Below are positions 1 to 11,661 of a DNA stretch of 64,000 bases, one piece after another. The DNA is from Podarcis pityusensis (taxonomy: Eukaryota). The stretch lies in NCBI GenBank assembly GCA_964106645.2, contig OZ067043.1, one strand, 5' to 3'. Within the stretch, counting starts at the first letter, position 1. Each line of letters starts with the position of its first letter. A program made the position numbers and the translations under genes. The notes under the pieces are model-generated. The model saw only the letters and a list, made by a program, of their open reading frames with translations. It did not search any database and was not told where the DNA came from.

Positions 1-469
1 CCCACAACTAGAACTGAAGGTCTGGGACCAGCAGTAGGCTGGAGGACGTGTAGGAAAGTGGCTACTGCTGCTCTAGCCTGCACATCCTTGCTGCGCTTCC
101 AGGCTCTTCAGTGCTTCCTCTGCCCTCAATAACATCCTTTTTGGGCTCTGGGGAGGGTCTCCTTGCGAGCCACAAGGACTTTCCAGCTCTCTCCTGCCAT
201 TTCCAGGTATGAATTGAATTATTTAATTATTTCCTAGTGCTGTGCATATACATGTCACACGCAAGTAGAACATGCATAAGTGGAGGGATGCCTGTATACA
301 AAAGGGGATTAACAAAGAGTTTGGGGCAAATGTGAAGCAGTGTCTTGTTTATTTTTCACACATTCAAAAAATAATATGCTGAAAAATAATTTGAATTTAA
401 ATTGCAAAACAACAAAGCTTAATATGTTATTGTCATTATTTTTCACATTATTATCAAGTGAGATAATAT

Positions 470-840
470 AATTGGGGAATTGCACTTGTCCTATCAGACA
501 GTCTTTGGGACTGCTGCTGCATGCCAGGTTGGCTCTGAATAAGATCTCTCTCATCCATGATCTGATTGTGGATGAGGAGGCTCATCTGGTCTGTATTACT
601 GAGACTTGCGTGGGTGAGCAGGGTAGAGTTGGTCTCACCCAGCTGCGGCCACCTGGGTACCCAGGGCAGCATCAGAACAGACTTGAGAGTTGAAGAGAGG
701 GAGTTGCTTTATATAAATTTTCTATCCAGACTGAGTGGGGGTATTGTTTTTGTTTGTTACCATGTTATGTACTTTTTGTGTTTTTAAATAGTAAAGCACC
801 CTGTGATCTTCAAATTAAGGTTGGAATACAAATTTAATAT
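470..840 (+). mobile_element. L2-clade LINE remnant: APE endonuclease N-terminus followed directly by the 3' tail
   Basis: ORF ...LLLHARLALNKISLIHDLIVDEEAHLVCITETC resembles the APE start (N-A-R-S..K...CITETW); tail gtaaagcaccctgtgatc...tacaaatttaata resembles the L2 tail at 10385-10440. Confidence 0.75.
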
Positions 841-1492
841 ATTGGGGATTTGACATTTGAACAAGTTGCATTATAATGAGCTGACTCATTGTTTCATCTA
901 GCTCAGTACTTGCTGCTCTGACTGGCTTCAGAGTTCTCTGACGCGGGTGTTTCGCAGTCATGCTACATGAATTTCTTTTTCAATGAAGGCACTAGGAATT
1001 GAATGTGGAATCTTCTTTATGCTAAGCTTTGCTCCACTACTAAGCCTTGGTGCTGTCCCATACTATTGGTACATCCAGACAAGTATTCGTAAGTGGCAGC
1101 AACTGTCAAGCAAATGTATTTATGATATCCAGTTGGGAATGGCACATTCCTTTTTGCAAGTTTCATGATTTTGCAAGTGATGCTGGGGACCCCCCCCCCT
1201 TTTCTGTTTTTAAGAACATTCATAGTAAATTGGGTGATTTAATTCAGGCCTTTCCAACTTATGAGCTACCAAGTAATATATAGCAACCCTGTTTTTATAA
1301 TTTGCCTAGGACTGCAAAAACAGTATGTATCAAAAATACATGGTTGATATTGCCTTGGTGGGTTACAAATAGTGCATGTCTTTTTACATTGGTCTACTCT
1401 AAAATAAATAGTTGCATTTTCCTTTCCTATATAAATATTCTTTCCCCCTTTGATGGGTAAACGAAGTGCCGTTCTGTTTTATTTTTATGCAG

Positions 1493-1625
1493 CCAGTCCT
1501 CCCCAAATTCTTTCTGTGTCAGAACTCATGGAAACAGCCAATGAAGTCTCGAAAATGACCATAGCACATGAAATTGTAGTAAACCATGACTTCAAATTGC
1601 AAGAGGTGAATTTCTTACCAAACAG
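1493..1625 (+). CDS. TCP11: TCP11 (T-complex protein 11) internal coding exon (first seen in window)
   Basis: ttatgcAG acceptor, GTagg donor; encodes SPPQILSVSELMETANEVSKMTIAHEIVVNHDFKLQEVNFLPN(S), with the TCP11-family 'IAHEIVVN' motif. Confidence 0.92.
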
Positions 1626-1897
1626 GTAGGTTTTCTTTTCCTGGTTATTTTCCTGGTTTTATTTTAGTTTCCTGTTAAATCTAGAAGGATATTGTTGGTA
1701 AAAGGATGTGGATTTGAAAAATTAAGAAAGATTAATTGTGTAATCTTTTTTAATTAAAAAAAACTTATTTATTGATTTTTCACAAGCTTTTTAAAAAATG
1801 GTGTATTGTGTTTGTACATACACATTTTCTTACATGTCTTCCCCAAGGTGATCTCCGTCCAAGATGTCCTATTTAACGCTCAATTGAGAGTGAGTGA

Positions 1898-2212
1898 GCG
1901 GGTGGCGCTGTGGGTTAAACCACTGAGCCTAGGGCTTGCCGATCAGAAGGTCGGCGGTTCAAATCCCCGTGACGGGGTGAGCTCCCATTGCTCAATCCCT
2001 GCTCCTGCCAACCTAGCAGTTCGAAAGCACGAAGTGCAACTAGATAAATAGGTACCGCTCCGGTGGGAAAGTAAACGGCATTTCTGTGCACTGCTCTGGT
2101 TCACCAGAAGCGGCTTAGTCATGCTGGCCACATGACCCTCGGCCAGTAAAGCGAGATGAGCGCCACAACCCTAGAGTCGTCCGTGACTGAACTTTAACTG
2201 TCAGGGGTCCCT
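1898..2212 (+). mobile_element. Sauria SINE (tRNA-derived)
   Basis: gcgggtggcgctgtgggttaaaccac...cttgccgatcagaaggtcggcggttcaaatcc (A/B boxes), body ...gtagataaataggtaccgctc..., 3' end tcaggggtccct. Confidence 0.92.
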
Positions 2213-2301
2213 GATTCAAAAAACATCCAAGGCTTCACTATGGATCCTTCATATCAAATGTAAGTGGAAATATGTTAATAGCAACTGTTTTTGACTCACA
2301 G

Positions 2302-2422
2302 TTTGGAAAGCAGAGTGAAAGAGACATTGCATAAAGCTTTTTGGGACATTCTGAGAGAACAGCTCTCCAAAACGCCACCAGACTATTCCCATGCTATCAA
2401 GCTACTTCAAGAAATCAAAGAG
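2302..2422 (+). CDS. TCP11: TCP11 coding exon
   Basis: AG/GTgag; (S)[40 protein letters not shown]; phase matches previous exon. Confidence 0.95.
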
Positions 2423-2570
2423 GTGAGATGTTTGTGTATGTTTGAGACTTCATTATTTATAGCATACACAGCTTGACCTTTGTGATAAATAAATTGTTAC
2501 GTTAACAATATATGTGGTCATATGTAAAGAAGAAAAAGTGAGATTTCCAAAACCAGTAAGTAATGTTGCT

Positions 2571-2708
2571 TAGGGTTGCCATATTTCAAAAAGTAAAAAC
2601 CAAGACACTATGAAAGGTATTGAGCTTTTTAAAGGAAGACCGCCCCACCCCCGGATGTCAATTCCACCTTTGAAATTCTGGTAATGTCCGGGACATATAG
2701 CAGCCCTA
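2571..2708. mobile_element. Small hAT-type MITE
   Basis: TIR tagggttgccata / tatagcagcccta; 8-bp TSD atgttgct / atattgct. Confidence 0.75.
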
Positions 2709-3360
2709 ATATTGCTTGAGAATTTAAGACTTTAAGATTTATAGACTGTCATTTGCCTATAGTAGGCAAATATTTTTCCCGACATCCCACTTGCTAATAT
2801 TTGTCACACAGTTATGTGCAATCAGGCTGACAAACATGGGTTGGGTCCCCCCCCCCCCGCCCTCCATATTTTTCTGCCGTGTTATTCACACTTGCGCCCA
2901 TAGCAAAAGTACAGCCAACCATTCATAATTATTGTCTCTGGTTAGCCATGTGCAAAAGCAAGGTAGTCTGGAAAACTGTGAAACCACTCACTATTCCTTC
3001 CCATGCACACTTCAAGCTGTGATTAGCGATTAAGCTATGTAGTTGCTATAGCTGTGTAACTGTTCCCAATTGTGTATGTTCTCAAACTTCAGGTTTGCAA
3101 TCAGTTTGAACATTTGCTTGTAGAAAAACATTTTTCTTGTTGCAAGGGACAGGACAATGGGCTTGGTTTCCAAACTGTATTCTATTTTATTGGACAATTG
3201 CAAGGTTTAAAATTCTTTTGATTTTTTACTATGTATGCTTCCACCTTAACTTTCCGTTTGAGAAGCTATAAGATTTATTTATGCATTCAGTATAAGTTTG
3301 TCTGAGCTGAATGTGTTGTTGTATCCAGAATGGGTTTTGTTTTATATAGGGACTTGTTCT

Positions 3361-4040
3361 AGCTCATAACCCACCTACTCTCAGCAGCAAGAAACATCAT
3401 AGCCAGACACTGGAGAGACCTATCAGGAGTAAGCATGGACCAATGGTATCAAATAGTATGGGAAACAACCTTATTAGAAAAACTAACCAATAAACTGAAA
3501 CTGACACAGGGACAAATAGAAGAAGACACCTTCACCCTGGTTTGGTTCCCCTTTATCACACACACAGCCCAAGAAGACAACAACACGAATCCCCCGACAG
3601 CGTACAAATCAATCTGACTAACCTGATTCAAAAATACACACCCCCCACTCACACACAAAAACAATTCTCACTACAGCCAACCAAAGACAACCAACCACAC
3701 CCTAAGCCATACCCAACCTCTCTCACCACCAAGGAAATACAGCATGTGAATAGTAAAAGAACCCATACAAGTAACGCTGACACAACCCCTCGCACACGCT
3801 AAGTAGGATAATAGAAGCATAACCACCCAACCCCACCCCACCCACCACTCCCCACTCCCCAGCTTCCTCTTTTCTTCTTCTTCCTAATTGTTTAAACCAA
3901 TTCATAAACCAAGAACTCATACATTGACCACTAATAATGAAACATATGTTGTAGATACTTTTGCACATTTATTATGCTATTTTTGTGATATACATATGAC
4001 ATGAGAAAACTTGGTATACTTATTTGTATAACATCAATAT
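3361..4040 (+). mobile_element. 5'-truncated L1/Tx1-like LINE (ORF2 C-terminus plus 3' UTR)
   Basis: HLLSAARNIIARHWR...DQWYQIVWETTLLEKLT...VWFPFI, typical of the L1/Tx1 ORF2 end; A/C-rich strand. Confidence 0.7.
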
Positions 4041-4068
4041 ATATGGACTTGTTCTGTTTTTTACTTTA

Positions 4069-4314
4069 CAGTGGTACCTCTGGTTGTGAACGGGATCCGT
4101 TCCGGAGCCCCATTTGCAACATGAGCAGAACACAACCCGCGTGTGCGCGGGTCGCGATTTGCCACTTCTGCGCATGCACGTGATGTCATTTTGCGCGTCT
4201 GTGCATGCTCAAGCAGCGAAACCTGGAAGTAACCCTTTCCGGTACTTCCGGGTCGCCGCAGGACGCAACCTGAAAACACGCAACCTGAAGCAAACGTAAC
4301 AAGAAGTATGGCTG
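4069..4314. mobile_element. Tc1/mariner (pogo/Tigger-like) MITE
   Basis: TA|cagtggtacctc ... gaagtatggctg|TA; CpG-rich. Confidence 0.85.
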
Positions 4315-4402
4315 TATTCGGTTATAGTCTTATAGGGTTTTGAACATAGCAAATGAAAATCAATAAGGTTATTAAAAATGGCAACACTTTATTCTTATGT
4401 AG

Positions 4403-4623
4403 ACCCTACTGTCCTTGCTCCTGCCTCGACAACATCGTCTGCAAAGTCAGATTGAAGAAACTCTGGACATGGAGCTGATAAAACAGGAAGCTGAGCATGG
4501 TGCTTTAGATATCCCCAACCTCACCGCTTACATCTTAGGTACAATGGCAATGCTCTGTGCACCTGTTAGAGATGAGGAGATACAGAGACTACGAGTCATG
4601 GCAGACCCAGTTCATTTGCTCAG
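4403..4623 (+). CDS. TCP11: TCP11 coding exon
   Basis: AG/GT; TLLSLLLPRQHRLQSQIEETLDMELIKQEAEHGALD...MLCAPVRDEEIQ...; CAPVRD motif of the TCP11 family. Confidence 0.95.
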
Positions 4624-4798
4624 GTGGGCACCATTGGCTTGGACAAAGGTAATTTTCTAAAAGTAATATATCCTTTACTGAATTTATCCTAAAGGAAGAT
4701 GCATCATTTTGCTACCCTGGGAGTACAACATCTGTTATTTGATCTCCTTGGGATTTGATCTTATAAATCAGTTTTATAAATCACCTATCATTTCATAG

Positions 4799-4800
<2 letters not shown>

Positions 4801-4830
<30 letters not shown>
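4801..4830 (+). repeat. (GT)15 microsatellite
   Basis: Direct reading. Confidence 0.97.
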
Positions 4831-4832
<2 letters not shown>

Positions 4833-5659
4833 TGGAAATAAATGATTTTAAATTCATCATTTGGCTTTCCTTAAGGGGTAAATAAATATTTATATTCAGA
4901 CCATTGTCTTCATCACTGAAACATATCATACAGTAGGTTAGGATGTAACCCATAAAGCACAGTTTATTGTAGTATACACAAGCAGCAGCAAGCCAGAGAC
5001 TCACATATTCCTTACTTCCCTCTCTTCCTTTGGCACAACTGTAACTGTGTTTCTTGTCTTGTCCATGAAAGAAATTTGGTTAGTTTGTTAACAAGCCAGA
5101 GTCATAAACCAACCTGATCCTGACTTGTTTGAACAAACTATAGTTTGCCCCAACCAAAACCCCCACTCCTTTCCCCCAGTGTGGATATAAAGAAACTCTA
5201 GTTAATTTGACAGAGAAAGTGAAAACCTACAGTCTCCTCATTGTCATGCTTGCTGCTGCTAGTGCACATAGCACATAGCACATAACCAAAAAGACAGAGG
5301 ATCACAGATTATAAAGACCAAAAGGTCATGCCTTTCAAACCTTTACTGCAAGGTAGAACTAAATCTAAATTCTAAGACAAGCTTTTAATATGTAATTGCT
5401 CTGTGGCACAGCACTATGTCTCCTTAGCTATTGAGTAATTAAAAAAAAAAGTCTAATCAAATTTTGCTTTGGTATACCTGGGAATAGCATCTTCCTCTTC
5501 CTGAGTTGTGCTTCTGTTTATGCTACACTATTTCTGTGATCACCATAGTAGTCTAAAGAAGCTCATCCATCAGTGGTAACAGGTTTGGTTTTTGCTCTTT
5601 AGTATGATTTCCTAGATTGGGTAGTTAAATGTTTACTTTGTCCCTGTTGCCTACGGTAG

Positions 5660-5796
5660 AGAGATCTTCAGAGTTCTGAACCTAATGAAAATGGATATGG
5701 TAAATTTTACCATACAAAGCCTTCGACCCCATCTCCAAGAGCACTCTGTTGAGTATGAAAGGAAAAAATTCCAGGAGCTCCTGAAGAAGCTACCAG
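5660..5796 (+). CDS. TCP11: TCP11 coding exon
   Basis: AG/GT; (R)[45 protein letters not shown]; not in the ORF track but phase-consistent. Confidence 0.95.
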
Positions 5797-6737
5797 GTGT
5801 GTATCAAATATGATTGTAAAATAGTCTCTGGTGCAGACTAGAGCAGAGGGTTAACACATGCCACAACCACATCCAAGGCACTTCTTAAACACAGGTACAC
5901 ATAAGCACAAGAGGAAACGTTTAAGTTTTAAAATCCCAGTTTATACCTGAAACTTTTCTGGAAGATAGAACTTTTCCTCTACTTCTGTTACCACATAGAT
6001 TCTCTGCTGGCCAAATTATGATATGGAGTTTGAGGGGATACTGTACGTTTTAAGGTTTCCCCTCTTCTGAGATGGGCATCCTCCATCAATTTTAATGGTA
6101 ATTATGACTGGTGTTGCATTGGTATTTTCATTATGTTTTTAATTTTGATTTCATGAACACTGTTTTGAGAAGATTCTCTTTTTTATTTAGCAGTATAAAA
6201 AATTATAAAATAAATAATAAAAAACCAGAATTGTCAGAAGTGGGTTGGCAAACTGTTTTAGTGCTAGTTTTGGTTAGTAAAAATGTAGGTAATGTAATGG
6301 TAATAGTACCTCTCCCATCACTCGCTTCAGTTTTGGAGAGAAGAGAATATTTATGTGAGAGAAGGTGGAAGGAGAAGCAAGTGAGCCCCTGGGGTGCTCC
6401 TAATGAAAACAAATGTTATGAATGTCATGAAACCTAGCACAAAGTCATACCTGAAGATTACTATAAGTAAAAGGGACAATATTTGATTAACCACCCCCCT
6501 TTTTGCAGTTTTAATTTCCTGTTAGCTTCCATAAATGTGCCCTCATTAAGAACTGTTTTACTCTTAACTTTTCACTAGTTTTTTTTTTTTTTTTTTTTGC
6601 ACCATGTTATTTAAGAAAAAGGCAAAATGCAATGATTATTTGTTGCCAGTAAGGTGCAAATAAACACAAGAGAAAGGACCAGCCTACACTTCTTGTTTTT
6701 TCCTCCAAACCTCCATTTCTCTAATGTTACACTTTAG

Positions 6738-6958
6738 GTGGCCTCACTTGCACAACTGAGTGGTTGCGCAAGGCAGCAGCTGAAATATCAACTTCTGATC
6801 TGCTACCCTCCTCATCCACCTCTGAGACCAAAGGATCATCTGTTCCACCCTCCTCTCCGGCTGCTAGAGAAGTGTTATCTGTCCATAGTCCCACAGCTGT
6901 GCTAAACCAAGCATACATGGACTTGCTGCATTGGGAGCCTGGAAGAGAATATCCTGAG
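6738..6958 (+). CDS. TCP11: TCP11 coding exon
   Basis: tttAG/GTaaa; GLTCTTEWLRKAAAE...SPTAVLNQAYMDLLHWEPGREYPE. Confidence 0.94.
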
Positions 6959-7271
6959 GTAAAAGGCACCTTATGAGTCAGAAATAATAGCCATGCTAAT
7001 TCATTTTCAGAAACAGGGGTCTTAAGATAACACTATAAGGCCACATTGCGGCACACTAGTTGGCTACGAGTTAGGCAGCAAAACACAGAAATGAAATGAC
7101 CCATTTTCTGTCTGTTCGTTCCCCGCACAACAACCCACAGCCTTCAGTAGCAGGGAATGTACCAGCTTAGCTTGGGCATATTTCCTTTTACTCCAGTAGC
7201 ATAAGATGCATCTCAAGTGCTAAAGAAATCTGCATAGTAACCCAATGGTTTATACTGTTATTTCTTTGCAG

Positions 7272-7456
7272 ACTATGTTGATGGACAAAGCCCGCTTGGA
7301 TGCCCTTCAGATGAAAGTGAATCAACTAGCCATTATTGCTGCAGTCCTACTAGTGAGCAGCAGTACATGTGGAAGTGGAGTGTTCAGCTCACCAGGATGT
7401 GGAGATAGGCTAAAACGGGTAATAAAAGCCCTTCTGGAAGGACTTCCTGACGCAAG
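7272..7456 (+). CDS. TCP11: TCP11 coding exon
   Basis: ttgcAG/GTaat; TMLMDKARLDALQMKVNQLAIIAAVLLVSSSTCG...LLEGLPDA(R). Confidence 0.94.
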
Positions 7457-7971
7457 GTAATGTTTCTATATTATTGGTGTTGAAGGCAGGAGAGATACTT
7501 ACCCAAGCCTCATGTAGGCTGCTTGTGGGCACTTAGAAAATCCAGAGTTAATCTAATGCCTCTTCATGCTATTTATGAACTGGTAGTGAGAACCTGTGTC
7601 AGTCCTTTTGATGAAGGTTGTCTCCTATTCTTATTCATGGAGAAAGCACACCCACTTCACTTGAGGCATAAATAAATTGTATGTTGTAACTATAATATAG
7701 CAGAGAGAAAAAGGCAGAGGACTGAACAGGAGTTCAGTATAAGCCAAACTAGGGGTACAACTGCTCATATAGCTTCTCTGTCAAGGAGGGGTAAGAGGAG
7801 GTTACTTCAAAAATATTGCAGGCTAGTTGCCTACTGCAGGCAAGGTTTGTTTTTTAAGACTTAATTCTATAGGATTACAACAGGTTAATCACTTCTCTGC
7901 TATCATGCATATATAAAGTTCAATTTCAAAGAGCTGTCAGATTAACATGGCCCCATCTCTGTGTGGCTTAG

Positions 7972-8135
7972 GTTAGAAGATGTTTTAATGGATATCAGCA
8001 ATCAAATGCATGAGGAAGTTAATAGCATTCTCCTGCAGTTGGGGTATCCTGTTCTCAGCACTGACAAGGCTGCTTCACTTAAAGGCCAACTCATGAGTCT
8101 TGCAGAGAAGGACAATGCAGTACGGATTCTAATTG
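7972..8135 (+). CDS. TCP11: TCP11 coding exon
   Basis: AG/GTgag; LEDVLMDISNQMHEEVNSILLQLGYP...LKGQLMSLAEKDNAVRILI. Confidence 0.93.
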
Positions 8136-8519
8136 GTGAGTCATGAGTTTTTGCATATTTTTAATGTAATATCACACTTGAGTATGAAAAGGCTGAGTGT
8201 GTATTGCATTTCCATATTTTAACTGCAATTTTTTGTTATAGTGCATTTCATATATTGTTGTGTTTTACCCTGGAATCATCTGTGACAATATATACATTAG
8301 TATCATAATATACTACATGCCTCCACTGCATTCTCATTGTGCCGTCCAGCAGTTATTCTAGGTAGTACAGGGCTTTTACAGTCTGCCCCAAAGAAGGTGA
8401 GAAAACCAATGGTAGCTCGCTGTGACTTGTTTGCAAATTATTTTGAGGATAAAATCGCTTGCATCCACTGGGACCTTAACTGTGGCAAATGAAAGTTTTC
8501 CAGAGCACTGGCTAGTCTT

Positions 8520-10443
8520 GTTATGTTGGATGCTTCACTTAAGACTTGAGGATGTGCACAAGGTGCTTGGATCGGTCAGGGTGGCCAGTTGCACTCTGAA
8601 CCCTTGCCCCTCTTGGCTGATAAAAACTAGCAGGGGGGACAGTTGACTTAGTCTGGGAGGTGATAAATGCCTCCTTGTGAAAGGGGGTGGTCCCTGCCTG
8701 CTTGAAGGAAGTAGTGCTACTCCTCAAGAAACCTTCCCCGGATTTGGAAAATCTAATTACTGGCCAATATCCCCTTCTTCAGCAGAGTTTTTGAGTGGGT
8801 GGTTGCAGGCCACATCCAGGCACTTTCAGAGGAATCGGATTTTCTAGATCCATTTCAATTGAGGTTTAGGTCCAGTTTTGGCACAGAAACAGCTTTGGTC
8901 GCCCTGTATGATGATCTCTGTTAAGTGAAAGACAGGGAAATGTTGCTTATCCTTGAGATGCTATTGACCTTGGTATTATTCTGAAACGGCAGTCTGAGAT
9001 AGGGGTGGGTGGCACTGCTTTGCTGTGTTTCTGGTCTTACTTGGTTAGTTGTTTCCAGAGGGTAATGCTTGTGGAGTGGTCTTCAGCCCCATGGAGCCTT
9101 CACTGTGGGGTTCCTTAGGGTTTGATTATGTTCCCCATGCTGTTTAACATTTACATGAAATTGCTGTGTGGGGTCATCTGTAGTTTTAGAGTATGTTGTC
9201 AGTAATGTGCTGATGACACACAGCTCTACTTCTCTACATCCGCAGGTGTCACTGTGGATTTGCTGGACTGTTGTCTCAGTAATGGACTGGATGAGAGCCA
9301 ATAAACTGATGCTCAATCCAGATAAGATTAAGGCACTATTATTGGCTGGTTCCCTAGATTGGTAGCCTGCTTGATGGGGTTACTCTCTCTCTCTGAAGGA
9401 GTGGGTTCACAGCTTGGTGGTTCTTCTGGATCCATTGCTGTTGCTTGAGGCTCAGGCGGCCTTGGTGGTGTGAAGTGCCTTCCATCAGCTTTGGCTGGTA
9501 GCCCAGCTGCTCCCCTATCTGAACACAGATAGCCTCTTTTGTAGTCTGTTGCTCCGGTAACCTCTAGGTTAGATTACTGCAAAGCATTATACATTGGGCT
9601 GCCTCTGAAGATGGTTTGGAAACTTCAGCTGTTGCAGAATTCGGTGATCAGGTTGTTCAGCAGGCAGGGCAGTCTGAGCAGTTTAACTCCAATCCTGACC
9701 CGACAGCACTGTCTGCAGGGCTGTCTTAAGCATATGCAGCGCCGGGGTGCAAAGATCTGCCCAGCACCCCCCCATTGCCCAGTCCCAGGTGCGCAGGAGG
9801 GCAGAGGTGGTCGGCCGCCTCAGCATCTCGCTGGCTCAGTTGCCCCTGAACTCGCGGCGCAGAGCTGCCTGCAGCAGAAGAGCCCGTCGCGGCGCTCCGA
9901 CCGATGGATGGACTCTTCCCCAGACTCAACTCTCGGCTTGGTGCCCCGCACCCCTAGCGCCTATGGGCAAGACAGCCCTGTCTGCCAATTGGTTTCCAGG
10001 TCCAATTCGAAGTGCTGGTTTTGATCTATAAAATCTTAAACGGCTCAGGACCACAATTATCTCAAAGACCCCTCTCCGCAACCTGACCCCTGCAATGATA
10101 ACCTGAGGCCCTTTTTTGAGTGCCTCCTCCACGAGAGGCCTGGAGGGTGGCAACACAAGAATGGGCCTTTTCTATGGTGACTCCGTTTGTGGAACACCAT
10201 TCCTTGGGAAGCTTGCCTGGCATCTTCATTACTTATCTTTAGGCGCCAGCTGAAAATGCTTTTCTATAACTAGGCCTTTGGCTGATTGAACATTCTATGG
10301 CCTTTTAAATGTGTTTGTGGGAGGGGGTTTAATGGTGTGTTTTTATTCTTGTTATGTATTTTGTGTTCTCATTTTGTATTTTTATGTCGAACGGCCTTGT
10401 GATGTTTGATTAAGGGTGGTGTACAAATTTAATAAATAATAAT
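8520..10443 (+). mobile_element. Degenerate 5'-truncated L2 LINE (RT region plus 3' tail) in the last TCP11 intron
   Basis: Frameshifted RT motifs (VPACLKE, DFLDPFQ..FGTETALV, (Y)ADDTQLY, DWMRANKLMLNPDK, RLDYC, LQLLQN); tail ...tacaaatttaataaataataat. Confidence 0.9.
9716..9980. mobile_element. GC-rich non-autonomous DNA transposon (hAT-like) nested in the L2
   Basis: Perfect 12-bp TIR cagggctgtctt / aagacagccctg; flanking tctg duplicated. Confidence 0.85.
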
Positions 10444-10743
10444 CAAATCACATAGTGGAATTAATGATACACCTCATGTAAAATTGCATACAAGAGGCCA
10501 TTTACATGCCATTGTGATTAAATGAATACTGCAGTCACAATGAATATCTTAATTGCATATCAACAACATCTGTATAATGATTTTGTACAACACCACCCAC
10601 TTGTTTCTATGAAAAGTTCTATTCCTGTCCTTTCACCCTTTATTATCCTATCTGCCTTGTGATTTTTCAGCTACCTAGGGAGCCCTAATATGAATAAGTT
10701 ACAGGAATCAGGTCTTTTTCTAAATCTGTTTTAATTCCTACAG

Positions 10744-10973
10744 AGCAACGGATCCAAACTTTTCTTAGGCTTTGTTTGTATCCTGGTGGCCAGAACGCTA
10801 AGAATCTACCCCAAGGCCTTGCTCCTATTCAAGAAGAATTACTGGAAGTGGGCCAGAGGTTTGGCAGTTTAATTCATCACAACAGACAGGTGTTTGGTCC
10901 CTACTACTCAGGGATACTGAAGAAATTGCTGCTTCCAAAGGGAAAATCTGAAGCAGGGACAGATTCCCATTAA
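10744..10973 (+). CDS. TCP11: TCP11 terminal coding exon (stop TAA 10971-10973)
   Basis: ctacAG acceptor; (E)QRIQTFLRLCLYPGG...LIHHNRQVFGPYYSGILKK...DSH*; HNRxVFGPYY motif. The tail-to-tail position next to ANKS1A supports TCP11 rather than TCP11L1/L2. Confidence 0.94.
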
Positions 10974-11357
10974 CAATCTAAAACAAGCAGCACACACAAC
11001 GGCAGGGAGAAGGGGAGAAAAAAACTGGCAATTGTTCAGACTGTGCTTTGGCTCAAAGTCCACTGCAATCAAGTGAGCAGCTGTCCTGCTCTGTGCTGTG
11101 ATACCTAAAGCACTCATACAGCTGGACTATTGAAGCTGTGGGATACAGTTACATAAATACCAACTGACAATGCCAAGTTTGCTGCAGTAAACCTTTAAAC
11201 AGCTCAGAATGTTGTCTTGTGTTTTTAGACTAGCTGGTGCATTTTCCATCAAATGGGAAGGGCAAAACTAGGGACCTGATCTTGTAGCCATTAATGTAGA
11301 AGGTAATTAATTTCAGTGAAACTAGATATACAAGCATATTCAGGATTAAGCCTTGTT

Positions 11358-11607
11358 AATAAACAATACAGACCAGTATACCACATCAACCCATACAGAG
11401 AGATGTTGTGTCTAATTTTATTAATTTAGTCTGCTCTAAGTCATACAATTATGAAAAACAAACAACAAAACGACTGCTGGAAGCCCAGGAATATTTACAG
11501 TCTCGCCTTGTTGTAGTGAGGTCAGTCTATGTTGTTGCACAGATTGGTTATGTTTGGTACCACAAAAAACTGGACAGATTTAACAATTTTTATATACAGA
11601 AAATAAA
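11358..11607 (+). promoter_or_regulatory. Candidate TCP11 polyadenylation signals (AATAAA at 11358-11363 and 11602-11607)
   Basis: Canonical hexamers about 385 and 630 nt after the TCP11 stop. Confidence 0.5.
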
Positions 11608-11655
11608 AAGGAAATAGTTCAAGTATCAAAATACAAAGACAGATTAAATAACATT

Positions 11656-11661
11656 TTTATT
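11656..11661 (-). promoter_or_regulatory. Candidate distal ANKS1A polyadenylation signal
   Basis: AATAAA on - strand followed by U/GU-rich sequence (tgttatttaatctgtctttgtattttg); other - strand hexamers at 11417, 13372 and 14257. Confidence 0.5.

Noticed and set aside
77-206. Possible upstream TCP11 exon ending at CCAG|GTATGA
   Set aside because: The phase fits, but the peptide shows no recognisable TCP11 similarity; cannot support
1898-1985. tRNA-like A/B boxes
   Set aside because: This is the head of a Sauria SINE, not a tRNA gene
9611-10156. 137-aa, 94-aa and other ORFs
   Set aside because: Chimeras of degenerate L2 sequence and a GC-rich MITE
1493-10973. Assignment as TCP11L1 or TCP11L2
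   Set aside because: Tail-to-tail adjacency to ANKS1A matches the known position of TCP11
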